A stretch of 27,774 nucleotides of DNA from a virus (Duplodnaviria; Caudoviricetes): the IMG/VR virus record IMGVR_UViG_3300047301_000216, positions 1 to 27,774 of that record. One strand, given 5' to 3'. The position numbers and the translations under genes are program-made. Positions 26,635-27,774 of the stretch are shown piece after piece. The notes under the pieces were generated by a model. That model was not told the DNA's origin. It did no database searches and was given only the letters and a program-made list of their open reading frames with translations. Each line of letters starts with the position of its first letter. Within the stretch, counting starts at the first letter, position 1.

Positions 26635-27774
26635 TCAGAATCTTGGTAAATACGCTAGCATTGGCGGCGGCAAACCGGGGCCCTTGGACTTAGCCTCGCT
26701 ACCTTTAAACCCGCTAGTTGCTATGAATTTGTACGCAATCAAAGCATATATCGCTGCCATCAAGCCGTCATTTTGAATGGCTCCCTTGACGTACCTGTTA
26801 TATACATTGTCATTCTTCATAACTTTCTTTACTTCCATCGAAGTAAAGTGCTGCATCAACCACTCTATTCGGTCGTAGGATTCACCTTTTACTGGGAATT
26901 TGATCTTCCCATTTCTTACCATGGCAAATACCTCTTCGATCATAGCGTCTTTATTTAAAACGACACGCAATTCCTTAGGCTTATAAGATATAGTGCTATT
27001 TAATGTACCGCTATTTATGCAGCCCAGAAATCTTTCCCCAAACCCAACAGGTCCCTGCAGATGCTGAACTATATCTTGTCCGTATCCAATATCTGCCGCA
27101 GCAACCTGTATTTTAAATAGCCGATACATTTCAGATATAATATTCACCTTATATTCGAAATCATTACGTTTTAATCTATAGGCATTCTCAACAGTAAATA
27201 CACCATTCTTATCAACGCTCATAATGACAACCGCCGTATAGGATTGCCCAACATCAGCCTTGGATTCGACGGGTTCACCCTCACTATCACTGGGCATATC
27301 TTTACCGCCCCAGTCTATACCCATGACCATAGTCTTATCACCACGATCCAATATACTCTTAGCTAAACCGCGAGTAGTATCGCTGCAGTTGAGCCTGATA
27401 TCATCCAAAGATATAGTTTGTCCGCCGCCGCTATAGAATTCGCCCAGGGTTTCATTTTTCCATGCTTTCTCACTTCGCTCTCTGTTTACTGATGGATCTA
27501 GGTCGAGGATACGCTCTTTGGTAAACCATGGATGTAGAAGCACGCTGACATGATATCCGACATATTTAGTCGCACCACTCTTAGTCGGCATCCATCGCCC
27601 GCCCTCTATGGCATCAGCCTTCTTCTGCAGAGTTCCGCACTCCGGACATTTAACGTCATGACCAGAAACCCAAACCTGCTTCCATGAATCACTTCCCATA
27701 GAATATAGAAAGAAATAGTGAGAACAGCCAACACACCTTAATTGATAAAAACGCTGGTCTGATTTATTCCATAT
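26635..27774 (-). CDS. terL: Terminase large subunit, GpA-like, 5'-truncated by the window edge
   Basis: The frame is open to the window end and adds IWNKSDQRFYQLRCVGCSHYFFLYS (the SDQR..CxxC motif of lambda GpA-type terminases). A second CPECG, NETLGE, RNase H-like MGIDWG, ADIGYG and NDGL follow. It is directly upstream of the portal. Confidence 0.88.
   Translation of the reverse strand: MWNKSDQRFYQLRCVGCSHYFFLYSMGSDSWKQVWVSGHDVKCPECGTLQKKADAIEGGRWMPTKSGATKYVGYHVSVLLHPWFTKERILDLDPSVNRERSEKAWKNETLGEFYSGGGQTISLDDIRLNCSDTTRGLAKSILDRGDKTMVMGIDWGGKDMPSDSEGEPVESKADVGQSYTAVVIMSVDKNGVFTVENAYRLKRNDFEYKVNIISEMYRLFKIQVAAADIGYGQDIVQHLQGPVGFGERFLGCINSGTLNSTISYKPKELRVVLNKDAMIEEVFAMVRNGKIKFPVKGESYDRIEWLMQHFTSMEVKKVMKNDNVYNRYVKGAIQNDGLMAAIYALIAYKFIATSGFKGSEAKSKGPGLPPPMLAYLPRF

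Noticed and set aside
1415-26958. Other short plus-strand and alternate-frame ORFs in the track
   Set aside because: They overlap well-supported minus-strand genes and have no recognisable motifs.
1-27774. CRISPR array, tRNA/rRNA genes, stop-codon reassignment
   Set aside because: I saw no spaced direct repeats or cloverleafs by eye. TAA, TAG and TGA all end genes and coding density is high under code 11.

Overview
This window is the DNA-packaging and head-morphogenesis module of a large tailed dsDNA phage (Caudoviricetes). All credible genes are on the minus strand, with Shine-Dalgarno sites and standard code 11. In transcription order (right to left) it holds: the 3' part of a GpA-like large terminase; a portal with a mini-intein; a small ORF; a type IB topoisomerase fused to an M23 peptidase; a ~1735-aa zincin plus coiled-coil protein; four small hypothetical genes; a 1273-aa prohead protease/scaffold with a nested in-frame start; a decoration-like gene; six probable internal head proteins; a second decoration-like gene; the HK97-fold major capsid protein; and two homing-endonuclease-type genes. 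The most interesting signal is a probable head cargo system. Several otherwise unrelated proteins share an 'AHP(GGG)...VE...L..(I/L)A..L(D/E)..G' module, and nearly all head genes carry hydrophobic-x-K-x-A or x-x-A|S motifs at domain boundaries. These look like maturation sites for the assemblin-fold protease. Also notable are a portal intein that starts with Lys rather than Cys/Ser, and a slippery A9G site. All family calls come from motif recognition only; no database searches were run.
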